A stretch of 63,426 bases of DNA, counting the filler, from Octopus bimaculoides (lineage: Eukaryota): the NCBI RefSeq assembly GCF_001194135.2. It is 6 parts of 5 records of this genome, joined end to end, with 100 filler letters (N's around TTAATTAATTAA, not from the genome) between each part and the next. Parts side by side here need not be neighbours in the genome. Positions count along the whole stretch, not along the records: positions 25,926 to 51,571 come from NC_068982.1; positions 51,672 to 54,812 come from NC_068982.1; 4 more parts are not named here. One strand, written 5' to 3'. Made by a program: the position numbers and the translations under genes. This document shows positions 41,587 through 53,929 of the stretch, piece by piece (position 1 is the stretch's first letter; every line of letters begins with the position of its first letter). Under the pieces are notes generated by a model. The model saw nothing but the letters and a program-made list of their open reading frames with translations. It was not told the DNA's origin and searched no databases.

Positions 41587-42142
41587 GTATATATATATAT
41601 ATNNNNNNNNNNNNNNNNNNNNNNNNNNNNNNNNNNNNNNNNNNNNNNNNNNNNNNNNNNNNNNNNNNNNNNNNNNNNNNNNNNNNNNNNNNNNNNNNNN
41701 NNNNNNNNNNNNNNNNNNNNNNNNNNNNNNNNNNNNNNNNNNNNNNNNNNNNNNNNNNNNNNNNNNNNNNNNNNNNNNNNNNNNNNNNNNNNNNNNNNNN
41801 NNNNNNNNNNNNNNNNNNNNNNNNNNNNNNNNNNNNNNNNNNNNNNNNNNNNNNNNNNNNNNNNNNNNNNNNNNNNNNNNNNNNNNNNNNNNNNNNNNNN
41901 NNNNNNNNNNNNNNNNNNNNNNNNNNNNNNNNNNNNNNNNNNNNNNNNNNNNNNNNNNNNNNNNNNNNNNNNNNNNNNNNNNNNNNNNNNNNNNNNNNNN
42001 NNNNNNNNNNNNNNNNNNNNNNNNNNNNNNNNNNNNNNNNNNNNNNNNNNNNNNNNNNNNNNNNNNNNNNNNNNNNNNNNNNNNNNNNNNNNNNNNNNNN
42101 NNNNNNNNNNNNNNNNNNNNNNNNNNNNNNNNNNNNNNNNNN

Positions 42143-42460
42143 NGTTAGAGCGTCAAGCTTACGATCGTGAAGTTGTGAGTTCGAATCCCGGGCCGGGCTG
42201 CGTGTTGTGTTCTTGAGCAAGACACTTTATTTCACGTTGCTCCAGTTCACTCAGCTGTAGAAATGAGTTGCGACGCCATAAGTGCCAAGCTATATCAGCC
42301 TCTTTGCACTTTCCCTTGGATAAAACATGTGGCGTGGAGAGGAGAGGCCGGTATGCATGGGTGACTGCTGGTCTTCCATAAACAACCTTGCCCGGACTTG
42401 TGCTTGGGAGGGTAACTTTCTAGGTGCAATCACATGGTCAGTCATGACCGAAGGGGATCT
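42143..42460 (+). mobile_element. SINE family C copy (tRNA-like head)
   Basis: gttagagcgtcaagcttacgatcgtgaagttgtgagttcgaatcccggg...ttcttgagcaagacactttatttcacgttgctccag. Confidence 0.85.
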
Positions 42461-42462
42461 CA

Positions 42463-42498
<36 letters not shown>

Positions 42499-42699
42499 AT
42501 TTATATACATGTACACATTCATATACACACATATATGTACACACACACATATAAGAATATGTGTACATGCACACATGTAGGAATATGTGTACATGCACAC
42601 ATGTAGGAATATGTTTAAGCCTCTAAGTTCGTATGCATGTGAGTGTATGCACGTATGTGTATGTATGTATGTTTTTATGAATAAATGTGTGTATAAATA

Positions 42700-43100
42700 T
42701 ATGTAGTGAGCACATAATTGCACAATGCGTTTCCAATTCTTGGTAACGCCATTCTTTTCCATTTTTCCCAAATTTGCTTAACTAGATCGTCTTCCCTTCG
42801 TGCTGGAGGTCTTCAAGTTGCCTTTTAAATTTTCTTGGATATCATTCAGCAACTGTGAATTACATATGGGTGGGGAATCTGTGGTTGAGAACTTCAAAAA
42901 GCTATATTTTATCATAAATCTTCTTAACGATGGTTGACTTGGAGCAGACGAACAGCAACATCCCATGATCCGTTGCCAAACAAACGAAGGAACATATACT
43001 TGATCGCAAGAATTTGCAGCCAAATCGACCACAAATTACACCCTAATCTCTTACAATACATGAAGGACATGTAGGAGTATGTAATCTTAGATACAAGTCT
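42700..43100 (-). mobile_element. Possible degraded CR1/L2 fragment
   Basis: Frameshifted VRD-GVI (gtaagagattagggtgtaat) and weak downstream similarity to the CR1 thumb region. Confidence 0.35.
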
Positions 43101-44213
43101 TATATTAACCAAAATAATAGACTGGCCCCATTGGAATGATGACGAATGTATATTCTTTGATCATGATCAATCTCATCCAAAGCTGACCTGCAGCTAAATG
43201 TATGTATGTATGATTGTATATATTATATATAGTAAAATAAAAATAAAAAAACCTACGTTATAACAAAATGAATTTTAAAGAACGCCATCGCATCAAAAGA
43301 AGATGAGGGTGATGAATTTGAAAAAAATAATTGGATAATAAAATTGTCAATTGAACACCATTTAGCCATATTGCTTTTGGCTTGGTGCCATCTCATTTGC
43401 ATATCGTAGCTAAATGGTAATGTTGTTGTTGTTGCTGTTGTTGTTTTTAATAAACAATGAAACCAATAAGGGCCACGACGAAACAATGGAGGAAACAAAA
43501 CATATTCACTTTTCATTTACATCCACAGCTTAGATGCTGCATGGCTTCAGGTTTGGTCAGGCAGCGCGGCACCGCGAGCGAGTGCCTTCGACAATGGACG
43601 CAAAGTGATCAATGCCTTTGGAAGTGAATTTGGTCGACGGAGAACCTATAGCAAGCATACATGCATACACACACACACATACATACATGCATGCATGCAT
43701 ACATACATACATACATGCATACACACACATACACATATAAATACTTACATACATAGATACGCATACATACATACACACATACATACACACATACATACAT
43801 ACATACATGCATACATACCTACATACAAATCGTTCTACTCAAGATACCAGTAATAACCCTCGACAATGCGCAACTCTCGGCTTTACACTACTCTGCACCG
43901 CTCTCTGCGTTTGTCCATTTATATTGTGGCACAGTCCATTAGGAGTCAACCAATAGGGGTGTTTTACTTCCACACAACACATACATACATACATGGTGGT
44001 CGTCTATTTCTTATGTAGAGTTTGACCACCCCTTGTACTTACATCTTAGATCTCTCATGGCATCTGATGTGACTTTTTAAACCAGACAATGTTTTGAAAA
44101 GACACCCACATAGATTGCATATCTACTTTGGACTCTTAAGGACTGCAGTTAAGTTCTGATCTTTGTGGATCTTAAAATGTCTTTTGTATGTCATACATAC
44201 ATACATACATACA

Positions 44214-44244
<31 letters not shown>

Positions 44245-44267
44245 GTGTGTATGTATGTATACATACA

Positions 44268-44298
<31 letters not shown>

Positions 44299-44889
44299 GT
44301 GTGTATGTATGTATGTATGTATGTATGTATGCGCATATATTAGAAGTGGCGGAAAAGTTGTCTTATAGCCCACAAGAACCAATCGTCATGAATGCCACAA
44401 GGCATACAGCCTTAGGAACCATGGCACAAAGGTGATATCATGACCTTGAGCGTCCAATTTAGACGCAGAAACCTAACAAACTGGGATTATATATACCAGC
44501 GGCCTGTTAACGAGAGGCTAAGGACACACCTTATCAAGGCATGGCAGGTGTGTGCGCGTGTAAGTGTTTGTAAAGAGAGAGAGAGGGGGGAGAGAAACTC
44601 AGCTGTATATATATATGTGGGAGAATTTACGAAAAAAAAACTACAACAGACGAGGACAGGTGGTGTAAACAACAAAAGGATGTATTAGTTTAACGCTCGG
44701 GAATAGAGAAAGTCTTTAACGTTTCGAGCTACGCTCTTCAACAGAAAGAATAAGGAGAAAAACAAGGTGAAAAACACGGAGAAAAAAATTAGAATGTTGT
44801 GGTCAGCGATCTATCATGGCGACTGCCGGACAGAAAGTTCACACAGGAGAGCTAAGAAAAAGAGGAGATAACAAAAGGGGAAAAACTTA

Positions 44890-45150
44890 GATATGTTTCG
44901 ACCAAAGATTGGTCCAGGCCATGTCTAATTTAATAGCACCACCTGATAGGATTATCTAAATCCTTTTTACAGTCAAGTTTGGTCTATGGTCCATTCAAGT
45001 AGTGAGTTCTTATTGAGTGAGTTGTATCCAGGTAGGGGTGGCTTGTCAGGTATTCTTTGAAGAAAGCTGTCTAGACTCCGTTTAAAGCTGATAGGATCCT
45101 TTTCCTCTTTTATCTGTTTCGGGACAATGTTAAAAAGCACATAAATGTGA
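44890..45150 (-). mobile_element. 3' end of the same CR1 family as 48253-49195, inverted
   Basis: Reverse-complement similarity to 48930-49190; LFNIVPKQIKEEKDPISFKRSLDSFLQRIPDKPPLPGY. Confidence 0.8.
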
Positions 45151-45562
45151 AACAAAGTGGAAAAAAGAGTACTCAAATGCTAGAGGTAGAGTAACATGCT
45201 TTATTTAAAAGCGCAGAAATATCACAAAAACTGTTACTCGGAGTTTCTGTGAATGACTTTTATTCCTCTTAAATCTACCTCTTCAGCTCATCTAATTGTA
45301 TATATTTATCGTTACTTTTCATAAAAAAGCCTTTATTTTTTAGATATCCAGTGTGCATATATATGTATGAATGTATGTATGTATAGTTATGGTATATTGT
45401 GTTCAGAACGTAGTAGAGTGCAATACAACGCTCGTCCACCTTCAGATTTCACCCTTTGCTATCCACCGATAGAATCATACAATTGTAGTGAATATCAAAT
45501 ACATGTCCAACCGTATTCCTTGTTGACTCCACTTTATTCAGTTGTTTCAATTATATGTATAT

Positions 45563-45823
45563 AAGCGCAGGAGTGGCTGTGTGGTAAGTAGCTTGCTTAC
45601 CAGCCACATGGTTCCGGGCTCAGTCCCACTGCGTGGCACCTTGGCCAAGTGTCTTCTACTATAGCCTTGGGCCGACCAAGGCCTTGTGAGTAGATCTGGT
45701 AGACGGAAACTGAAAGAAGCCCGTCGCATATATATATATATATATGCATATGTTTGTTATTTATCTCCTCCCCACCGTCGCTTGACAACCGATACTGGTG
45801 TTTACTTCCCCGTAACTCGGCAA
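45563..45823 (+). mobile_element. SINE family A copy
   Basis: gcgcaggagtggctgtgtggtaagtagc...ggttccgggctcagtcccactgcgtggcacc...gacggaaactgaaagaagcccgtcg, then (TA)n. Confidence 0.85.
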
Positions 45824-45948
45824 GACAGACAGACAGGCAGGCAGGCAGGCAGACAGGCAGACAGGCAGACATGCAAGCAGGCAGACAGACAGACAGACAG
45901 ACAGACAGTCAGACAGACAGTCAGACAGACAGGCAGACATGTAGACAA

Positions 45949-45986
<38 letters not shown>

Positions 45987-46828
45987 GGATAGATAGATGG
46001 GTTAATAGCTAGAACGCATTTCAGAAGCGCATTTTTCCGATTTAAGACGTTACGGTTTGAGTTGAGGGTGATATGGCTGCTATTTCTAGCCGGTCGATCA
46101 ACGACACACACCCTGTCTTCGCTCGTCAGCAGTAGTAGTCACATTGATTGTGATGTGCCAGCAACACGTGATGTCTGGGAGACGTGTGAAGGTCAGACGG
46201 GGATCAAATCAGGGTTGAGTTTAATTGAAGAGCAACGGTGGGTCGAGGCAGGGTGGGGGAAGGTGCATGTGAGAGGTTGGACGTGGGCGCGGGGTGCATG
46301 GGGGTGTTAATAGTGGAGATTGTGGCGACGGTGGAGGTGGCGGTTGCTGTGGTGTTGAAGAGTGGCGGTNNNNNNNNNNNNNNNNNNNNNNNNNNNNNNN
46401 NNNNNNNNNNNNNNNNNNNNNNNNNNNNNNNNNNNNNNNNNNNNNNNNNNNNNNNNNNNNNNNNNNNNNNNNNNNNNNNNNNNNNNNNNNNNNNNNNNNN
46501 NNNNNNNNNNNNNNNNNNNNNNNNNNNNNNNNNNNNNNNNNNNNNNNNNNNNNNNNNNNNNNNNNNNNNNNNNNNNNNNNNNNNNNNNNNNNNNNNNNNN
46601 NNNNNNNNNNNNNNNNNNNNNNNNNNNNNNNNNNNNNNNNNNNNNNNNNNNNNNNNNNNNNNNNNNNNNNNNNNNNNNNNNNNNNNNNNNNNNNNNNNNN
46701 NNNNNNNNNNNNNNNNNNNNNNNNNNNNNNNNNNNNNNNNNNNNNNNNNNNNNNNNNNNNNNNNNNNNNNNNNNNNNNNNNNNNNNNNNNNNNNNNNNNN
46801 NNNNNNNNNNNNNNNNNNNNNNNNNNNN

Positions 46829-46875
<47 letters not shown>

Positions 46876-46886
46876 AAGAGAGAGAG

Positions 46887-46931
<45 letters not shown>

Positions 46932-48088
46932 TTGCTGAAGGTGTTGTGGCTGTCAGCAGAGATATACAAAAGATGACTTAGCGTCACTTGTGGTGTCGAC
47001 ACTTCAAGGGTCCTACCTTGGTTGCTTAGAAACGGTAGCATGTGACGTAGGTCTATAGACATACGCAGAAACACTCACAGAAACACACACACAGATACAT
47101 ACATAAACACACACACACATACATACATAAACACATACACACACATACATAAACACATACACACACACATACACACACACACACACACTCACACACACAC
47201 ACATACATACATACATATATACATTTGTTATCTTTAATCTTTTACTTGTTTCAAGCGTTTCACTGCGGCCATGCTGGAGCACGGCCCTGAAGGATTTGAG
47301 TCGAATGAATCACCCCCGGTGCTTATTATTTTGAAGCCTGCAATTTATTCTCTTACGGTCTGGCTTGCCGAACTGCTAAGTTACAGGGACATAAACAAAC
47401 CAACATCTGTTGTCAAGCAGTAATGGGGGACAAACACAGACACAGGCACAAACATACATACATACATAATACATACATACATACATACATACATGCATAC
47501 ATACATGTATACATACATGTATACATACATGTATACATAATACATACACAAATATATATATANNNNNNNNNNNNNNNNNNNNNNNNNNNNNNNNNNNNNN
47601 NNNNNNNNNNNNNNNNNNNNNNNNNNNNNNNNNNNNNNNNNNNNNNNNNNNNNNNNNNNNNNNNNNNNNNNNNNNNNNNNNNNNNNNNNNNNNNNNNNNN
47701 NNNNNNNNNNNNNNNNNNNNNNNNNNNNNNNNNNNNNNNNNNNNNNNNNNNNNNNNNNNNNNNNNNNNNNNNNNNNNNNNNNNNNNNNNNNNNNNNNNNN
47801 NNNNNNNNNNNNNNNNNNNNNNNNNNNNNNNNNNNNNNNNNNNNNNNNNNNNNNNNNNNNNNNNNNNNNNNNNNNNNNNNNNNNNNNNNNNNNNNNNNNN
47901 NNNNNNNNNNNNNNNNNNNNNNNNNNNNNNNNNNNNNNNNNNNNNNNNNNNNNNNNNNNNNNNNNNNNNNNNNNNNNNNNNNNNNNNNNNNNNNNNNNNN
48001 NNNNNNNNNNNNNNNNNNNNNNNNNNNNNNNNNNNNNNNNNNNNNNNNNNNNNNNNNNNNNNNNNNNNNNNNNNNNNNNNNNNNNNNA

Positions 48089-49195
48089 AAATATGAATGA
48101 TCTTGATTACTGGGACCGCTTTAAAGAACTCCCTACTCGAATGGACCCTAATGCCACAGAGCTTGACTTAAAAAGGATTTAGCAAATCCAATCAGGTGGT
48201 GTTATTAAGTTAGACAAGGCCTGGGCCAATCTTTGGTCGAAACATATCGAAGTTATCTAATATCCTCATTGAAGAAGAAGACCGAACTCAACTCCAATCT
48301 GATCTATATGCGGTGAGTCAATGGGCAGACAAAAACAAAATGCAACTAAACAAGGGAAAATTTGAGCTGATGCATTTTGGAAGACTTTACTAAAACAGCC
48401 ATACACTCTTCCTTCGGGGGAACCGTTCACAGCATCTAATAATATCAGAGACCTAGGAGTAATTGTTGATAACAATCTCCGTTTGAGTGCCTACATCAAC
48501 AATAAGGTCGATATAGCTCGTAGGATGAGACCCTGGATCTTAAGAACCTTCCGGTCCAGAGAACAAGGTGTCATCATTCCACTTTTCTCCTCCTTTGCAC
48601 GGCCACACCTCGAATACTGCTGCCTTCTGTGGTCTCCCCATACAAAACAAAACATCTCGAAAATTGAATCACCCCAGAGGGCATTCATTAAACGGATTAA
48701 CGGCATGACTGATCTCGATTACTGACACAGCCTGAAAGCCTTGAAGCTCTACTCTCTCCAGCGCCACCACGAGCAGTACGTCATTTGCGCCATGTGGTGC
48801 CCAAACGACCTGAACATTAGCTTCAAGGTTCATCCAAGGCTGGGACCACGGGCCATACGTCCCTGCCCAATTCAGGATCACAACATATAGGTACGCTGCG
48901 ACACAATTTTTTTCCTCAACAGGCCCTACCCTGTTTAACATTGTCTCAAGAACAGACCAGAGAGGAAAAGGATCCCATCGCCTTTAAACGGAATCTGGAT
49001 AAATTTCTTCAAGGAATACTAGATAAGCCACCTATACCTGGATATAACTCACTCAACAAGAATTCCCTACTCGAATGAACCATGATACCACAAAACTTGA
49101 CTTAAAAAGGATTTAGGTAAACCTATCAGGTGGTGCTATTAAGTTAGACATGGCCTGGACCAATCTTTAGTCGAAACATATCTAAGCTATCTAAG
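48089..49195 (+). mobile_element. 5'-truncated CR1-type LINE (RT C-terminus plus 3' UTR), preceded by an internally deleted copy of its own 3' end
   Basis: QLQSDLYAVSQWADKNKMQLNKGKFELMHFG, IRDLGVIVDNNL, RPHLEYCCLLWSP, KIESPQRAFIKRINGM. Segment 48128-48255 matches 49060-49190. Confidence 0.85.
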
Positions 49196-49594
49196 TTATA
49201 TACATACACACATACGTACATGATGGCTGTGGATTCGCTTACAAATTGTCATATTTCTTGTTTTTGTTTTCTTTCTTTCAGTGACCATAGGACAGAAAGT
49301 GGCTTTTAAAGTTAACAAATTTCTTGCATATTTTGTTACAAATCCAGCATTCATATTCATGTGTTAAAATCGGTTGCTTGTTCAGTACAGTACACTGACT
49401 GTATCCTACCACATAGATCACAGATCAGATTAGCTTCAACGAATTCCTCGTATTCAACTTTCAGCGTATCCAGGTTATTTTGCGAGAAACAGCTCGCGAA
49501 AGACAGTTCGCGAGCCGTGAATTCATCAACGCAAAACACGTGAGACTTTCACGCTTACACATTCTCTTTCCTTGCTACTTGTTTTAACTTTTCA

Positions 49595-50005
49595 AATAGT
49601 TTCAGCTCGAGAGCCGCGGCCATGCTGTAACACCGCCGTTAGTTTTGTTACACTTTCATTACTTGAAATCTGCTCTGACATATAGCGTTTGGTGAATGAG
49701 GGAGTTTGATGTTGCTGCCCACGTCAGTGTTTCCTACCGCGAGGTAAGTTCATCTGGAGCTCTTGGCAGGAGGAGATCCAGTTTTGCTTTGAAGGCACCT
49801 ACATCCGCTCCATGGGGATCTCTCAGGTTTTTTGGGAGCTCATGAAAACCCTAGCTGTTGCAGTATTTGGTCCTGTATCATGATGGCGATGTTGGGATCT
49901 TTGGCACTATGCAGTGGCACTCCGCTCTGCTGTTTGGGTAACTTTCAATGTCAAAGTTTGATGCAAGTCCTTCCAGCATTTTCCACATAATTATTTGTGT
50001 GACTC
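49595..50005 (-). mobile_element. 3' end of a second CR1/L2-type LINE family
   Basis: Minus strand encodes PKNLRDPHGADVGAFKAKLDLLLPRAPDE, a CR1 ORF2 terminus, followed by the 3' UTR. Confidence 0.7.
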
Positions 50006-50104
50006 CCAGTTAGTTGTGATTCCCAGTCAGTTGTTGTCTTCTTGCCATTGAGTCAGAGCCTCTTTCTCACAGTCCTCAAAACGCCATTTTACCTTAGGCC
50101 CAGA

Positions 50105-50775
50105 TCTCGTACCTCCCTGATGACCATCCCAGAGGAGTCTGCGTTTATTGGTGTGAAGTTCAAAGGCAAGCGAAACGACCCACGTTACACGACGAAAACC
50201 GTGAAGTTTGGGGGTAAGAGTTTGATGCTTTGGGGATACATAAAAAGTGATGGTTCAAGAAAGTTGATTAAAATTGCCGGTAACTTGAATAGTGTCAAAT
50301 ACATCCAGTTGCTGAAGGACAATTTGATACCAGATTTGGATGAAGGGGAGATTTTTCAGCATGATAGAGATCCATGCCACAGATTGCATGCAACACAACA
50401 GAGTCTGGCTGATGAAGGTGTCACCGTATTGAAAGATTGGTCAGCTCAGAGCCCTGACTTAAATATCATCGAGAAAATGTGGACAGAACTAAAGAAAAGA
50501 GTTCGTCAGAAGAATCCACGCAATCTTGAAGACTTGTGGGAGCTCAGCCAGAGAGAATGGCATCTCATACCTGTGAAGATTATGAAGGAGTTGTACTCAT
50601 CTCTTCCCAGGCGCATTGAAGTAATTATTCAAGCTTAGGGAAGCCACATGAAATATTAATAATGTACAGTAACTTCTTGAAATGAACATTATTTAATAAA
50701 TTTTCATTATAGACATTAAAACAATGTATCTTGATTGCTTTATGTGAGGTGACCGAAAACTTTTGCACGGCCATT
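50105..50775 (+). pseudogene. Tc1-family transposase C-terminal half (D35E spacing), 5'-truncated, with probable right TIR
   Basis: TVKFGGKSLMLWGY, LNSVKYIQLL, FQHD..PCH, WSAQSPDLNIIEKMW, SLPRR. A premature TAG precedes the typical G..KY end; cttttgcacggc lies near 50760. Confidence 0.85.
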
Positions 50776-50946
50776 TTGGATGGTCTTTTCACATTTTCCC
50801 CTCTCATTCAGAATCCCTATTACAAAATATAATGATTAGATATGGAAATAACTCCAACAAGGCGAATGTTTCATCTGTAAAAAGCGCAATGCGAACCAGT
50901 AGAAATTTATAATAGTTTAAATTGCCGAGGACTTTTTCACGATACT

Positions 50947-51004
<58 letters not shown>

Positions 51005-51005
<1 letters not shown>

Positions 51006-51560
51006 CATTTCTTTTATTAGCCACACAGGGCTCAACAAAGATAGGACAAATAGAATGTAGAGCTTTTCTTTTTGGGAGGGGGAAGGGGAAAAAAGGAAGT
51101 AGGGGGATGTCGATCAAAAGGGATCGAGAAAAAAAATAGCGATCAATAGGGATCGTGTATCACAGTAATGTTCTCATGTAAAAAGGGGAGGACAGTTTAG
51201 GTTTAGCCGTGGAAAGAAAAGTCTATGGAAAAGACCACGGTAACCTTGGTCAATATTGTCATAACAATAAGTGACTCTCTTTTGCCTTTTGTTTCTTTTC
51301 TGGATTTTTTTACTCCTTTATAGTGTTATGCTCAAGGTGGCTCCGTCATTCACACGTGCCACCCTTGCTACATTCACCCATCTTTTTTTGAAGCATTCAC
51401 TAGACAAGACTTCCCTTTCTACTCTCACCTTCCTCTTCCGGTGAAGTTGATGAGAGATTGCCCAGAGAGGAAAGTCTTTGTCTCTAGACCTTTCAGACGC
51501 GTCCACCATACACATTCTTTCGCCATAGCCACAAATCACGATGAAAATAGCTCTTCCTTC
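51005..51560 (-). mobile_element. Tx1/L1-like LINE 3' end with (TCTA)n tail
   Basis: Minus-strand coding remnant KRKVRVEREVLSSECFKKRWVNVARVARVNDGATLSITL*, then a T-rich 3' UTR ending in AATAAAAGAAAT plus the microsatellite at 50947-51005. The clade call is from recall. Confidence 0.5.
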
Positions 51561-51689
51561 CCGTTTAAAGGNNNNNNNNNNNNNNNNNNNNNNNNNNNNN
51601 NNNNNNNNNNNNNNNTTAATTAATTAANNNNNNNNNNNNNNNNNNNNNNNNNNNNNNNNNNNNNNNNNNNNTACCACATCTTTGCTCTT

Positions 51690-52870
51690 TGCCACAGAGC
51701 TCCCAATGGATCATTCTTGCCACGAAGTCATGGCATCGTTTGTATTCGCTCGTGCCAATTTCTGGCATTCGCTAACAATGTGCAATACCGTTTCATCCCT
51801 CTCACCACACATTCTGCGTTTGTCGCAATCGGTAGTGTTGTCTATTCTGCATTTCATAGAGTTGGTTCTTGACGGTTGTTACTGAGCTGCGCATACGAGT
51901 GCTTCTCTCTCTATCTTCAGCTCACTCCACCTCGTCCATAGCCATCGGCCCTCTGCGTCTGTATTGGCGTCCACATCACTTGCAAACTAACCGTACGTTT
52001 CGTTTCCTTCCATACTTTTTCTTTTTTTCTTCTTTTGTTCATTTCTAGTATAAATTTTTCTTCATTTACCTAATTTACCGTGTTGATTACGCCAGCATTC
52101 TTCGTGTGTTTCAATAGTGACTCCACGGTATTTTTTATATTCTACACTAGGCTATTTTGCTCTGCTTCGATACAGTCTTGGCAATTGATTAAAGCTCTGC
52201 CACCCTTTCTTCAGGAGAGGTACAGCCTATTGGTGTAATTTTTAGGGTGGGAAGATCCGTGTGCTGCTAACATTTTCTGGTCTTGATATTAATTTTCTTC
52301 ATTTCTCACTTTTGCCATTTTATAATTCCTGTTCCATAACGAAATGATGCTATCACCCACGCATTAGCTCCTTCGATTACAATATTGCATTACCACTTTT
52401 GTCTACAGCCTTTTTAGTCTGGAGGTAATATATCGTTCTCATTAAGAAACCTATACAGTTCTTCTGCAATTCCTCTTCACAGTAACTTCCACATTAATGG
52501 GAAGCAGGAAATTGGTCTGTAATCGTCAGCAGCGTTTCTCATTGATGCATCCTTGAGGCACAACAACGTTCGTCCTTTCGTCAACCAGGGAATCTACTTA
52601 GATTTTGTCTATTTTGGCTTTTATACAATTAGTCCTTCATGCTTCAGTTTGTGCAGCTACTAACAAACTTTCTGTCTCCCTCTTCAGCTTTATCTTCTGC
52701 TGCCATAACCGTGTCTCACTTCTACTATTTACTGAAACTATGTCTGGGAATCTTCAATACAACACTTTCTCCTGCTAGTCAGATAATTTCTGTTCTTTGT
52801 TCTAGTTTTTAAGTTCCTTTTGTGTTTTCGTTTCCCTATGACTTGCTGTGACACTAGCAGCTATCAATAG
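51690..52870 (-). mobile_element. Heavily degraded R4/Dong-like retrotransposon fragments
   Basis: Minus-strand remnants [31 protein letters not shown]. There is also nucleotide similarity to 32930-33060 (cttgctgtgac...aatagactttct). Confidence 0.6.
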
Positions 52871-52879
52871 ACTTTCTTC

Positions 52880-52949
<70 letters not shown>

Positions 52950-52983
52950 TTGTCCTACATCATCATCGCTTTCATAATAGTTC

Positions 52984-53055
<72 letters not shown>

Positions 53056-53265
53056 CATGAGAATTATGTTATGGTTTTGATTTCTATCTTTTCAGATACA
53101 AAACCAGCAACCACAATATGTTTACAATTATTTGACTACAGCAATTTTTGTCACAGTTTTCTGTTTTTTACCAACAGGCATTCTTGGAATTATATTTGCA
53201 TCTCAAGTAAGTAAAATGCAAATATTTCAGGCAAGAAAATCTATTTATTTTCATACATTTTATCC

Positions 53266-53420
53266 AGTCGTGGCTGTATGGTAAGAAGTTTGCTTCCCAA
53301 CCACATGGTTCCGGGTTCAGTTTTACCGCATGTGGGGCAAGAGTCTTCTGCAATAGCCACGTGTTGATCAATGACATGTGAGTGGATTAAGCAGATGGAA
53401 ACTGAAAGAACCTCGTCATA
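53266..53420 (+). mobile_element. SINE family A head (internally deleted)
   Basis: gtggctgtatggtaagaagtttgcttcccaaccacatggttccgggttcag. Confidence 0.75.
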
Positions 53421-53929
53421 CACACATACACACACAAACACACGTGTATANNNNNNNNNNNNNNNNNNNNNNNNNNNNNNNNNNNNNNNNNNNNNNNNNN
53501 NNNNNNNNNNNNNNNNNNNNNNNNNNNNNNNNNNNNNNNNNNNNNNNNNNNNNNNNNNNNNNNNNNNNNNNNNNNNNNNNNNNNNNNNNNNNNNNNNNNN
53601 NNNNNNNNNNNNNNNNNNNNNNNNNNNNNNNNNNNNNNNNNNNNNNNNNNNNNNNNNNNNNNNNNNNNNNNNNNNNNNNNNNNNNNNNNNNNNNNNNNNN
53701 NNNNNNNNNNNNNNNNNNNNNNNNNNNNNNNNNNNNNNNNNNNNNNNNNNNNNNNNNNNNNNNNNNNNNNNNNNNNNNNNNNNNNNNNNNNNNNNNNGGA
53801 ATCCAAAGAGAGTTGTGGAAACACTTTTCTATTGCATATTCAGTATTTTACTTCCCTTGGGTCCACATTCAGGGAGTAACAGTAGTCCTGTCTTGTACTC
53901 TACTGAAACAGACTCTTTTGCAAATCTAT

